A stretch of 64,000 nt of DNA from an uncultured Gammaproteobacteria bacterium (GTDB lineage: Bacteria > Patescibacteriota > Microgenomatia > UBA8517): positions 27,931 to 91,930 of the forward strand of contig CAYSAY010000001.1 in assembly GCA_964429215.1 (NCBI GenBank), in the 5' to 3' direction. The notes beneath the pieces were generated by a model that was not told the DNA's origin, did not search any database, and was given only the letters and a program-made list of their open reading frames with translations. Made by a program: the position numbers and the translations under genes. Shown piece after piece: positions 1 through 7,787 of this stretch; the stretch's first letter is position 1; each line of letters begins with the position of its first letter.

Positions 1-26
1 GGGGACAGGCTGATTCATTAACTGCA

Positions 27-2045
27 ATGTTTTCTGTATTGTCTTTGTATATCTTTCCCTACAGTTATTTATTATCTGCTGTATTTTTATCACTTGGAAC
101 TTTGATTAAACCTCAAGCAGCCTTTATTTTACCTGCAATTTTATACTTATTTGTTAAATCTGACATAAATAAATTATTTATTCAGAGAATATTTAAATTA
201 ATTAAATATTCTTTAGTTGGTTTAATTTTTTTTGTAGCTGGTTTTATTCCTTTTAATAACTCTTCTACTTTATATAATTTTATTCTTGAACGATTAACTG
301 TATCATCAGGACAGTATCCATATGGGTCTATAAATGCATTTTCTTTTTGGGGTCTATTTGGCTTCTGGAAACCTGACAACATTTCATTTTGGATAGGCCT
401 TTTGGTTTCTGTATTGTTTACTGCAGTGGTGTCAGTTTCTGTGTATAAAAAGAAAATTGATAACGGTCAGTATCAAATTGCTGCGTTGTCGCTTTTAATA
501 TTCTTTATGTTTTTGACAAGAATACATGAAAGGCATCTTTTGCCTGTACTTGCTCCTCTCTTGATTTCTTCGTTTGGTAATCCGGTATTACTTATTGCCT
601 ATCTAGGTTTGTCGTCAACGTATATTTTAAATTTATCATACTCATATTTTTGGATTACTGATAATTTTAAAGAGATATTTAATCCAACGCTTATTAAATT
701 TTTTATAATTACAAATTTAAGTTTGTTGATATTAACTGTGGTAACAATATTTAAAAAGTTTAAGTCCAAATTTGATTTGGTTGGGCTCTTTAAATTTAAG
801 TCTAATAAAACAAATACAATTAAAATAAATTCAATTGTTAAATTTCCAACGAAAGATATTACTAAAAAATATGCAAACATATTACTTTTTGCAGTTTTAT
901 TGTTTAGTCTCTTTACAAGAATTTACAATTTAGGAACACCTAAGGAAATGTATTTTGATGAAATATACCATTCTTTTACTGCTAGGTTAGTTTTGAATAA
1001 TGACCCAAAAGCTTGGGAATGGTGGAATCCACATCCAGAAGGTTTTGCTTATGAGTGGACCCATCCCCCATTATCAAAACTTGGCATGGCGTTGGCGATG
1101 TACATCGCTGGTGATAATTCTTTTGGGTGGAGGATACCGCAAGCTATTTTAGGAACCCTTTCAGTCCTTATGATTTACCTTTTGGCAAACGAAATATTTA
1201 AGGATAGAAAAACATCAATACTTTCAGCTTTTGTTTTTAGTTTAGATGGATTGCCTTTAGTGTTGAGTCGTATGGGAATGAATGATTCATATGTTTTGTT
1301 TTTTGCACTACTTTCAGTATATTTATTTATTAAGGACAAAAACTTTTTATCTTCGCTTGTTTATGGATTGGCGTTATCTTCAAAATGGTCTGCTCTTTAT
1401 GTCTTTCCTATTTTATTTATTTCTCATTTTGTGTTTAGAAAAAAGATTACTATTTCTTATCTCTCGTTTATCGTTTTCCCGATTGCAGTTTACATTGCAA
1501 GTTATGGAATTATGTTTGCAACTGGACATACTTGGGCGCAATTTATAGAGGTACAAAAACAAATGTGGTGGTATCATACTAGTCTTGTGGCGGAGCATCC
1601 TTATACATCACCTGCGTGGTCTTGGCCGTTATTATTAAGGCCTATCTACCTTTATGATGGACAAGAAATAAATGGGATGGTTGCAAGGATTTATGCTTTT
1701 GGAAATCCATTAGTTTTCTGGTTTGGATTTTTTTCAATCATCCTTTCTGGATTCATATCTTACAAAGAAAGGTTTAGAAAATTAGGTTTTGTCGTATTTT
1801 CATACCTTATTTTATTTTTGCCATGGATTGCTTCACCTCGTATTATGTTTTTGTATCACTATTTACCGTCTATTCCTTATATGGCGATTGCTGCAGGGTT
1901 TATATTACGTCGTTTTCCTAAAATTATCCCTTATCTATTAATTCCTAGTGTTCTTCTTTTTGTCTATTTTTATCCTCATTGGACAGGTATGAGAATACCA
2001 TTAAAGCTAGACGAGAGTTATTATTGGTTTGCTTCTTGGAGATAA
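27..2045 (+). CDS. Membrane glycosyltransferase, PMT/ArnT (GT39) family, with an extra N-terminal multi-TM region. The ORF is open to the window 5' edge, so it is probably 5'-partial.
   Basis: Motif FTRIYNLGTPKEMYFDEIYHSFTA contains the loop-1 DE motif of protein O-mannosyltransferases. It is followed by EWTHPPLSKLGMALAM and many TM helices. There is no in-frame stop between position 1 and the first ATG. Confidence 0.6.
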   Translation: MFSVLSLYIFPYSYLLSAVFLSLGTLIKPQAAFILPAILYLFVKSDINKLFIQRIFKLIKYSLVGLIFFVAGFIPFNNSSTLYNFILERLTVSSGQYPYGSINAFSFWGLFGFWKPDNISFWIGLLVSVLFTAVVSVSVYKKKIDNGQYQIAALSLLIFFMFLTRIHERHLLPVLAPLLISSFGNPVLLIAYLGLSSTYILNLSYSYFWITDNFKEIFNPTLIKFFIITNLSLLILTVVTIFKKFKSKFDLVGLFKFKSNKTNTIKINSIVKFPTKDITKKYANILLFAVLLFSLFTRIYNLGTPKEMYFDEIYHSFTARLVLNNDPKAWEWWNPHPEGFAYEWTHPPLSKLGMALAMYIAGDNSFGWRIPQAILGTLSVLMIYLLANEIFKDRKTSILSAFVFSLDGLPLVLSRMGMNDSYVLFFALLSVYLFIKDKNFLSSLVYGLALSSKWSALYVFPILFISHFVFRKKITISYLSFIVFPIAVYIASYGIMFATGHTWAQFIEVQKQMWWYHTSLVAEHPYTSPAWSWPLLLRPIYLYDGQEINGMVARIYAFGNPLVFWFGFFSIILSGFISYKERFRKLGFVVFSYLILFLPWIASPRIMFLYHYLPSIPYMAIAAGFILRRFPKIIPYLLIPSVLLFVYFYPHWTGMRIPLKLDESYYWFASWR

Positions 2046-2119
2046 TTTCGGATAAACCAGATAGACCGGAAGAATTCAGATAATCTGAAAGACAGAAAAA
2101 ATTCTGATAATATTTACAT

Positions 2120-2485
2120 ATGATATATAAAATTGCAGATCTTGAGGTATATAAGATGTCAATAGAATTATTAAAGGATCTATATATATTTTTAAAATCT
2201 GCACCCTCATCTGAATTTGATCTTTCGAAGAATTGTAAAAGAGCAGCCAAATCAATTCCTGCAAACATTGCTGAGGGCTTCGCTAAAAGAACTCATGAAG
2301 CAGTATTTAAGAATCACTTATTGATATCGCTCGGGTCTAGCGATGAGGTAATTGCGCATTTAGAAACATTGATTGCTGTAATTCCGAGATTAAATGATAA
2401 AGCCAGAATATTAATGTCTAAATATACTATTCTCTCGAAGAGATTGAATACACTTCATAAAAATTGGCACACTTATGCTTTCTAG
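2120..2485 (+). CDS. Four-helix-bundle protein (23S rRNA intervening-sequence protein / Avd-like family)
   Basis: 121 aa. Motifs KIADLEVYKMSIELLKDLY and ANIAEGFAKRTHEAVFKNHLLISLGSSDEVIAHLE are typical of the TIGR02436/PF05635 family. Confidence 0.6.
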   Translation: MIYKIADLEVYKMSIELLKDLYIFLKSAPSSEFDLSKNCKRAAKSIPANIAEGFAKRTHEAVFKNHLLISLGSSDEVIAHLETLIAVIPRLNDKARILMSKYTILSKRLNTLHKNWHTYAF

Positions 2486-2541
2486 CAATCTAATCTGATC
2501 TGACTTGTCCGATTTATCAGGTGTATCTGATTTATCTGAAA

Positions 2542-3417
2542 TTATAGTGCTAGAAGTAGGCTTCCAAGTATTACAAGTATTCCAAATCCTGTAGCAAGTA
2601 CTGTTGGCCAGCTTGTTCCTACAACTGGTAGTGAAGGCTGATTTGTAGGTGTAGATGTTGCAGCATTTGTTGCAACTGGGCAGGTACAATCAGTTTCAGT
2701 TAGACATTGTGTGTTTCTACAACTTCCGGTAGATGCGCCTGAAGCAATGTAACACATTAGGCCTGAAGGACAGTTGGCATTTGTTGTACAACTGTTGTTA
2801 CATTGTGGGTTTGCAGTAGCTGTAGCTGTTGCAGTTGATGTCGCTGTAGCTGTAGCTGTTGATGTCGATGACGCTGTAGCTGTTGGAGTTGCAGTTGCAC
2901 AGACACAAGTTGTTGATGTTGAACAAGAATTATTTCTACAGTTACCTGCAGTTTGTCCTGTTGGAATGTAACAAGTCATGGTTGTTGGACATTGTGTTGT
3001 ATTAGTACATGCAGTATTACATTGTGGAACAGCTGTTGCTGTAGCTGTTGCAGTTGGTGTTGCTGTTCTTGTAGGTGTTGCAGTTGGTGTTGCAGTTCTA
3101 GTTGGAGTTGCTGTAGGTGTTATTGTTGGTGTTGCTGTAGGTAGTGCAATTGTAAATACTAAAGAACAAGCTCTTGGCATACATAATCCAACGGTATTGT
3201 CTGTTCCTGTTTGTGTGCAGACTTCGTTTGGATCAGGACATAAGTCTCGTAATCTAGGATTACATGATTCTCCTGCTGCGGCTGGTTGACTTGATGGGAC
3301 ATTTGGAGCTACTGCTACATCTCTTGATTGGTATAGTTTAATAGCTGTAAAAATTGCAACTCCTGCAAGTATTAAAGTTGTAATTATTATTCCTATTGTT
3401 GTGTATTTATTTTTCAT
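2542..3417 (-). CDS. Membrane-anchored Cys-rich surface protein with a tandem 8-Cys module and TATPT linkers
   Basis: It has an N-terminal TM and two 43-aa modules with identical spacing (C-x3-C-x5-C-x5-C-x10-C-x4-C-x5-C-x-C). The modules are separated by (T-A-T-P-T)n linkers. There is a C-terminal hydrophobic segment. Confidence 0.5.
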   Translation of the reverse strand: MKNKYTTIGIIITTLILAGVAIFTAIKLYQSRDVAVAPNVPSSQPAAAGESCNPRLRDLCPDPNEVCTQTGTDNTVGLCMPRACSLVFTIALPTATPTITPTATPTRTATPTATPTRTATPTATATATAVPQCNTACTNTTQCPTTMTCYIPTGQTAGNCRNNSCSTSTTCVCATATPTATASSTSTATATATSTATATATANPQCNNSCTTNANCPSGLMCYIASGASTGSCRNTQCLTETDCTCPVATNAATSTPTNQPSLPVVGTSWPTVLATGFGILVILGSLLLAL

Positions 3418-4746
3418 TTAGATTATTTTTGGTTTCCATCCTAGTGATACATGGTTTAATTGTGCTTTTACTTCAAATCTAGTTGTTCCTGCTGAAAGTG
3501 CAGGAATTGTATATGATTGACAGAAATCTGTAGAACCTGGTCTAACTGCTGTTGTTTCTGGCATTTGGACACCGTTTATTTTAAAGATTGCTTTGTCGAA
3601 AGATCCTCCTGTTGCAGTTCCTGTTGCACAGAAGTTTACAACGCTACCTGCTCTTAATGCACCAAGTTGAGTAACTGTTAATTCAGTCCAAGTTGGACTA
3701 TATGCTTTTATGGTTTGGCATGAAGCTGTAATTGCAGGTGCAGTTGGTGTTGGTGCAATAGTTGGTGGGACTGTAGGAGGAGTTGTTGGTGGTGGATTTG
3801 TATTACATCCAGAATCATCAGTCCTTGAACAAAAACCTGATTGATTGTCTGCGTCTACTTGTACAATTCCACAAAAGCTTCCAGTTATTGTTTTACTTGT
3901 ACCGTTCCACCCAACACCAGATGGTAAGGGATCTTTTCGTTGACAACCATTAGGAACACCACCTGTACTTCCAATTCCTTCTTCACCTTTACAATAATAT
4001 GTCTGTACAGACCCAGTTATAGTACTACAATTACCGCCTGTAACGTTGTAACATTGTCTCTCCTCTAACACTTGATTACAAGTTCTGTTGGCGACTTTGA
4101 GACAAAAAGTACATTCAGATCCCCCAGTACCACTACCACATTGAAACCATCCTGCTCCTTCGGTTTGGCTAGAAGAACAATTTCCAGCTGTGATTTCTTC
4201 TCCACCACCTCCACCACCTCCGCCACATTCTTGTCCTGATTCGCCACAACTGTCTGATTGTGAATACCATTTACACTCATAACTTTTTTTAGGATCGCCT
4301 TTTAGAGGAGAGCAACTACTATTACATGACGATTGTGTTGTATTAGTTCCACATCCACCTCCTGCTTGCTCATTTATATTTTGATTTTGGCCTGTTAAAA
4401 ATACTCCTGCACCAACTCCTCCTACTAACAAAAACAATCCTAAAATTGTTGCTATTACTTTTCCGCCTGCAAATTTTTTCTTTGGACCTGAGATTACTAC
4501 TGCGGGCATTACTGTATCAATTTTTATGTCATCTGCAGGTGCAGCAGAACCAGAATCAACAACTGGAGATGGATTAACAACATCTTGTGCCACTCCGCTA
4601 AGCGGAGTTTTGTCCTCGCTTAGCGAGGGCATAGGAGGAAGAATATCTTCTTGTATTAATACAGGTGGAATACTGGTTGGTTGTGACTGTGTATCGTCTG
4701 TTTTAGCTTGTTTCTGATCGTTAGGCATATGACTTTTTGTATACAA
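3418..4746 (-). CDS. Cys-rich membrane-anchored surface protein with a Pro-rich N-terminus, a poly-Gly run and a PTTPPTVPPT linker
   Basis: 442 aa. TM at aa 95-117. There are more than 30 Cys, a GGGGGGGGEE run and a Thr/Pro linker. It overlaps the upstream gene by 26 nt (operonic). Confidence 0.45.
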   Translation of the reverse strand: MYTKSHMPNDQKQAKTDDTQSQPTSIPPVLIQEDILPPMPSLSEDKTPLSGVAQDVVNPSPVVDSGSAAPADDIKIDTVMPAVVISGPKKKFAGGKVIATILGLFLLVGGVGAGVFLTGQNQNINEQAGGGCGTNTTQSSCNSSCSPLKGDPKKSYECKWYSQSDSCGESGQECGGGGGGGGEEITAGNCSSSQTEGAGWFQCGSGTGGSECTFCLKVANRTCNQVLEERQCYNVTGGNCSTITGSVQTYYCKGEEGIGSTGGVPNGCQRKDPLPSGVGWNGTSKTITGSFCGIVQVDADNQSGFCSRTDDSGCNTNPPPTTPPTVPPTIAPTPTAPAITASCQTIKAYSPTWTELTVTQLGALRAGSVVNFCATGTATGGSFDKAIFKINGVQMPETTAVRPGSTDFCQSYTIPALSAGTTRFEVKAQLNHVSLGWKPKII

Positions 4747-6049
4747 ATATACTGGATAACAATATCCCTATACCCATTATGAATAAGCCAAGTGTTGGTG
4801 TCAAGCTACCAGTTTCTGGTGTTGGCATCAGTGTACTAACTGCAGTTGCAGTGGCCTTTTGAGTCGCAGATACAGTTGCTGTTGCAGTAGATGTTGCAGA
4901 TGCTTGAGTTGTTGCAGTTGAAGTAGCTTTTTGAGTTGGTGTTGCTGATGGAGTAGACTCAAATGCTGGTCCTTCCGCAGCAGAAACGACAAATGATTTT
5001 GTAACTGTTCTTAAAATACCAGTTGCGTCTCTCCATTTTAAAGTTACTTTGTGTTCACCTGGTTCAAGGTTATTTGGTGGACTCCATTTCCACGCACCTT
5101 TAGAATCTGCTGTAATAACTGCGGATTGTAATTCTGATTCAACCTGAATTTCTATTTGTGCTTTTGTTGGTGCTTTACCAAAAAATTCTGGATCAGTTGT
5201 ATTTATTATTTCTCCTTCATCTATAGATTCAATAGATAAAGTACTTACTGTATTTGGTACTTCTGATTTAGTAATTTCAAATCTTGAAGAAGCTTCTATC
5301 GCTTGTGGTACAGACAATGAACTTTCAGGAAGTGTTGTATCGTTGTTTTGAGTTAAAGTTCTAAAGTCATATGTTTTACCTAAGACTATTACTGGAATTG
5401 ACTTAATGTTTTTAGAATAAATTACAGCTGATGAGTTTCCATTTGATCCTCCATTTACTGTTATTTCAATAGCTGCTGATTCTGAGACGTTGTCAACATA
5501 ATTTGATATTGGAATAATATAACTACCTTCTGGTGAAGTAATATTTGTTAACAGAGTTCCGTTTATATTGATTGTAACGATTGCTTGTGCCGGTGTTGCT
5601 CCGTCTGCAAGGTAGACTATACCTGATGCAATTAAATTTTCAGTTCTTGCAACTTTATTGTTATTTGTGGTTAATTGCCATGCAATTCCATCGTTATCAT
5701 AATCTTTTCCTTCTGAATTTACTTTGAAGAATATATTTGAACCGGCATCTATCCCAGATATTGTAGCTGAATGTACAAAGCTTTTTTCAGAGTTTGTCTC
5801 AAGTGCAACTTTACTTAAACTATTTTGAGATTTACCCCATTTGACAAATCCTTTGGTCTCAATGTCTGTGTTCCAGGTTACTGTTGCTTCTGTGTTTGTT
5901 ACATTGCTAAATCTAACATTCTTAGGTGTAGTGGCAACACTAGCGCCGATTTTAAAAACTGATTTTGAATTAATTAAAAAGACTCCTGCTACAACACCAA
6001 TTACTAATATAATTACTCCAAGTATTGTAGGAAGTTTAGCTCTATTCAT
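4721..6049 (-). CDS. FN3-domain surface protein with a C-terminal cell-wall sorting-like signal
   Basis: N-terminal TM/signal anchor. PKNVRFSNVTNTEATVTWNTD...FFKVNS is an FN3-like domain. The C-terminus has a Thr/Ala/Ser linker, then PTPETG, a hydrophobic stretch and KKSYA. Confidence 0.5.
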   Translation of the reverse strand: MNRAKLPTILGVIILVIGVVAGVFLINSKSVFKIGASVATTPKNVRFSNVTNTEATVTWNTDIETKGFVKWGKSQNSLSKVALETNSEKSFVHSATISGIDAGSNIFFKVNSEGKDYDNDGIAWQLTTNNNKVARTENLIASGIVYLADGATPAQAIVTININGTLLTNITSPEGSYIIPISNYVDNVSESAAIEITVNGGSNGNSSAVIYSKNIKSIPVIVLGKTYDFRTLTQNNDTTLPESSLSVPQAIEASSRFEITKSEVPNTVSTLSIESIDEGEIINTTDPEFFGKAPTKAQIEIQVESELQSAVITADSKGAWKWSPPNNLEPGEHKVTLKWRDATGILRTVTKSFVVSAAEGPAFESTPSATPTQKATSTATTQASATSTATATVSATQKATATAVSTLMPTPETGSLTPTLGLFIMGIGILLSSIFVYKKSYA

Positions 6050-6245
6050 CGTGAGTTCTAAGTTTTATCTCATCTAATGTTTTTATGTCAAGGTTTGGAT
6101 CAAGCTTTAAAATTAATTCTTGTGGAATATCAGTTTTTGATTCTTTAGTAAAAACACTATATATAGAAAAACTGATCCAAAATAGTGTAGTAATTAAAGT
6201 AAGAATAATTAATATTATTAAACTTGGTAATTTATTTTTTTTCAT
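6042..6245 (-). CDS. Small membrane protein (hypothetical)
   Basis: 67 aa. MKKNKLPSLIILIILTLITTLFWISF is a TM helix. It overlaps both flanking operon genes. Confidence 0.3.
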   Translation of the reverse strand: MKKNKLPSLIILIILTLITTLFWISFSIYSVFTKESKTDIPQELILKLDPNLDIKTLDEIKLRTHDE

Positions 6246-6906
6246 TTTGTTTAGTATCTATTGTATAAGGAACTCTTCCTGAGATTAATAAGCTTATTAT
6301 CTTACCGTTTTCAGTAGTATTTGCATTAACTATTATTGAATCAATTTTTATTGGTCGTCTTAAATATTCAATACTTTTTAAGTATGATGATAAATTTTGA
6401 TATTCACCAGATACTGTAATTGAAAAAGGTAATTCACTAATGTCACCAAATACATTAGATACGTCAGCTGATTTTTGTTTTGCAGGTGGCACACCTTTCA
6501 TGACGATGTCAGATGATGACATACCAACAATTTGGACATTTGAAGATAATGCAATTTTTTCAAATTGTTTTATAAGCGTTTCTGGTGATGATGAGTTTGG
6601 AATAGCTTGATCAAGATATTGTAATTTTTCTGAATTTGTTTGAAGCAAGTTGCTTGCTTTTTGTAAATTACTAATTTTTTGATTTAATTCTGCAATTGTT
6701 GCTGTCTTTGATTCAATTTCTTTACTTAATTCTACAATTGTAAGTACTGTTGGTTTGATCGCAAAAATTGAAAATATAATTATCGTTACAATGGATAATA
6801 TTAGTTCAAGATATATTTTTAAGTTTGGTTTGCTATTATAGACACTAAGAATATTTAAAAAAAATTCTTTATATCTATAATAGTCATGTTTCCATCCAAT
6901 TGCCAT
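6232..6906 (-). CDS. pilO: Type IV pilus assembly protein PilO
   Basis: N-terminal TM, then a coiled coil, then a C-terminal DISELPFSITVSGEYQNLSSYLKSIEYLRRPIKIDSI segment typical of PilO. Confidence 0.6.
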   Translation of the reverse strand: MAIGWKHDYYRYKEFFLNILSVYNSKPNLKIYLELILSIVTIIIFSIFAIKPTVLTIVELSKEIESKTATIAELNQKISNLQKASNLLQTNSEKLQYLDQAIPNSSSPETLIKQFEKIALSSNVQIVGMSSSDIVMKGVPPAKQKSADVSNVFGDISELPFSITVSGEYQNLSSYLKSIEYLRRPIKIDSIIVNANTTENGKIISLLISGRVPYTIDTKQNEKK

Positions 6907-6907
6907 A

Positions 6908-7474
6908 TTATTTATTAGTCGTTAGTTGATTACTAGACACTTCAGCAGTAATAGTAAAATTTGTAATTGCGGAATTTTCAGTGTTTGATGAAACTTGAGT
7001 TAAATTAACATTTGTTAAAAACTTAGAATTTTCAAGGTTTATTAAAAATTGAGCAATTGATTGTTCAGAGAAAGAAATTGCTTTAATAGTTAAGTCTTTG
7101 TTTGTAATTGAAATTGAACTTAGAATGGTGTCACTTGGTATGTATTTTGAGACAGCTTCAATGGTGTTATTCACACTTGGTTCAGAATAGAGGACATTTA
7201 GAATTTTTAGTTTGTTTTGGTTAAGTCGGAACTGGTCTTCCGTACTAGCATATGCTAAAACTTGTGATTTTTTAACATTAAGTTCATCGTTAAGATCTGA
7301 ATTTCTTGAGTCAAACCAAAATCTTGAAAGAAATGCACTCATAACAATAAGTTCAGTAATAATAACTGTGACACGAAATGTAGAAAGAGCCCATTTTAAT
7401 ATTCGACCAACAGTGGAACCTTCGAATTCTTCTTGAGGTATTAGATTAATTTGTTTTGTTTTTCTAATGGGCAT
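6908..7474 (-). CDS. pilN: Type IV pilus assembly protein PilN
   Basis: N-terminal INLIP motif (INLLP in PilN), then a basic stretch and a TM helix. It lies immediately upstream of pilO. Confidence 0.55.
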   Translation of the reverse strand: MPIRKTKQINLIPQEEFEGSTVGRILKWALSTFRVTVIITELIVMSAFLSRFWFDSRNSDLNDELNVKKSQVLAYASTEDQFRLNQNKLKILNVLYSEPSVNNTIEAVSKYIPSDTILSSISITNKDLTIKAISFSEQSIAQFLINLENSKFLTNVNLTQVSSNTENSAITNFTITAEVSSNQLTTNK

Positions 7475-7517
7475 GTACTCAATATATCACATAGAAAGTC
7501 GCGTTAGAAGAGAAAAT

Positions 7518-7751
7518 TTATTTTGAAAGTTTTGATAGCTGAGATTTAATTCTTGCAGCTTTGTTTGCATGAATTGATCTGCTTTTTGAAGCTTTGTCGG
7601 CAAAAGATGATGCTGATTCTATATCTTTTTTAGATTTTGTTTTTTTAGCTTTTTTAATTGCTACTTCGAGCTTGGTTAAAACTACTTTATTTATAGCTTC
7701 TTTTCTTTGAGAACCTCTTAATGCTCTTTTGGCTGTTTTTGTTACTGGCAT
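7518..7751 (-). CDS. rpsT: 30S ribosomal protein S20
   Basis: 77 aa, basic. The MPVTKTAKRALRGSQRK...AINKVVLTKLE pattern matches S20. Confidence 0.8.
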   Translation of the reverse strand: MPVTKTAKRALRGSQRKEAINKVVLTKLEVAIKKAKKTKSKKDIESASSFADKASKSRSIHANKAARIKSQLSKLSK

Positions 7752-7787
7752 ATGGGTAGTATAATCTGGAAAAGCTAATTTGACAAT

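Noticed and set aside
599-880. Minus-strand ORF containing a YVDD-like tetrapeptide (possible RT motif)
   Set aside because: It lies entirely inside the GT39 membrane-protein gene on the opposite strand, is 93 aa, and has no other RT blocks. It is a chance match.
2774-3289. Plus-strand ORFs 2774-2971, 2953-3144 and 2978-3289 (AVAVAV / CC-rich translations)
   Set aside because: They are reading-frame artefacts of the low-complexity T-A-T-P-T repeat DNA on the strand opposite the real minus-strand gene.
2120-4746. A complete diversity-generating retroelement (Avd-like gene next to repetitive surface-protein genes)
   Set aside because: There is no reverse transcriptase ORF (no YxDD motif) and no template/variable repeat pair in the window. 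The 3' ends of the candidate target genes lack the usual Asn/Tyr-rich variable-region composition. I kept it only as an orphan Avd-family gene.
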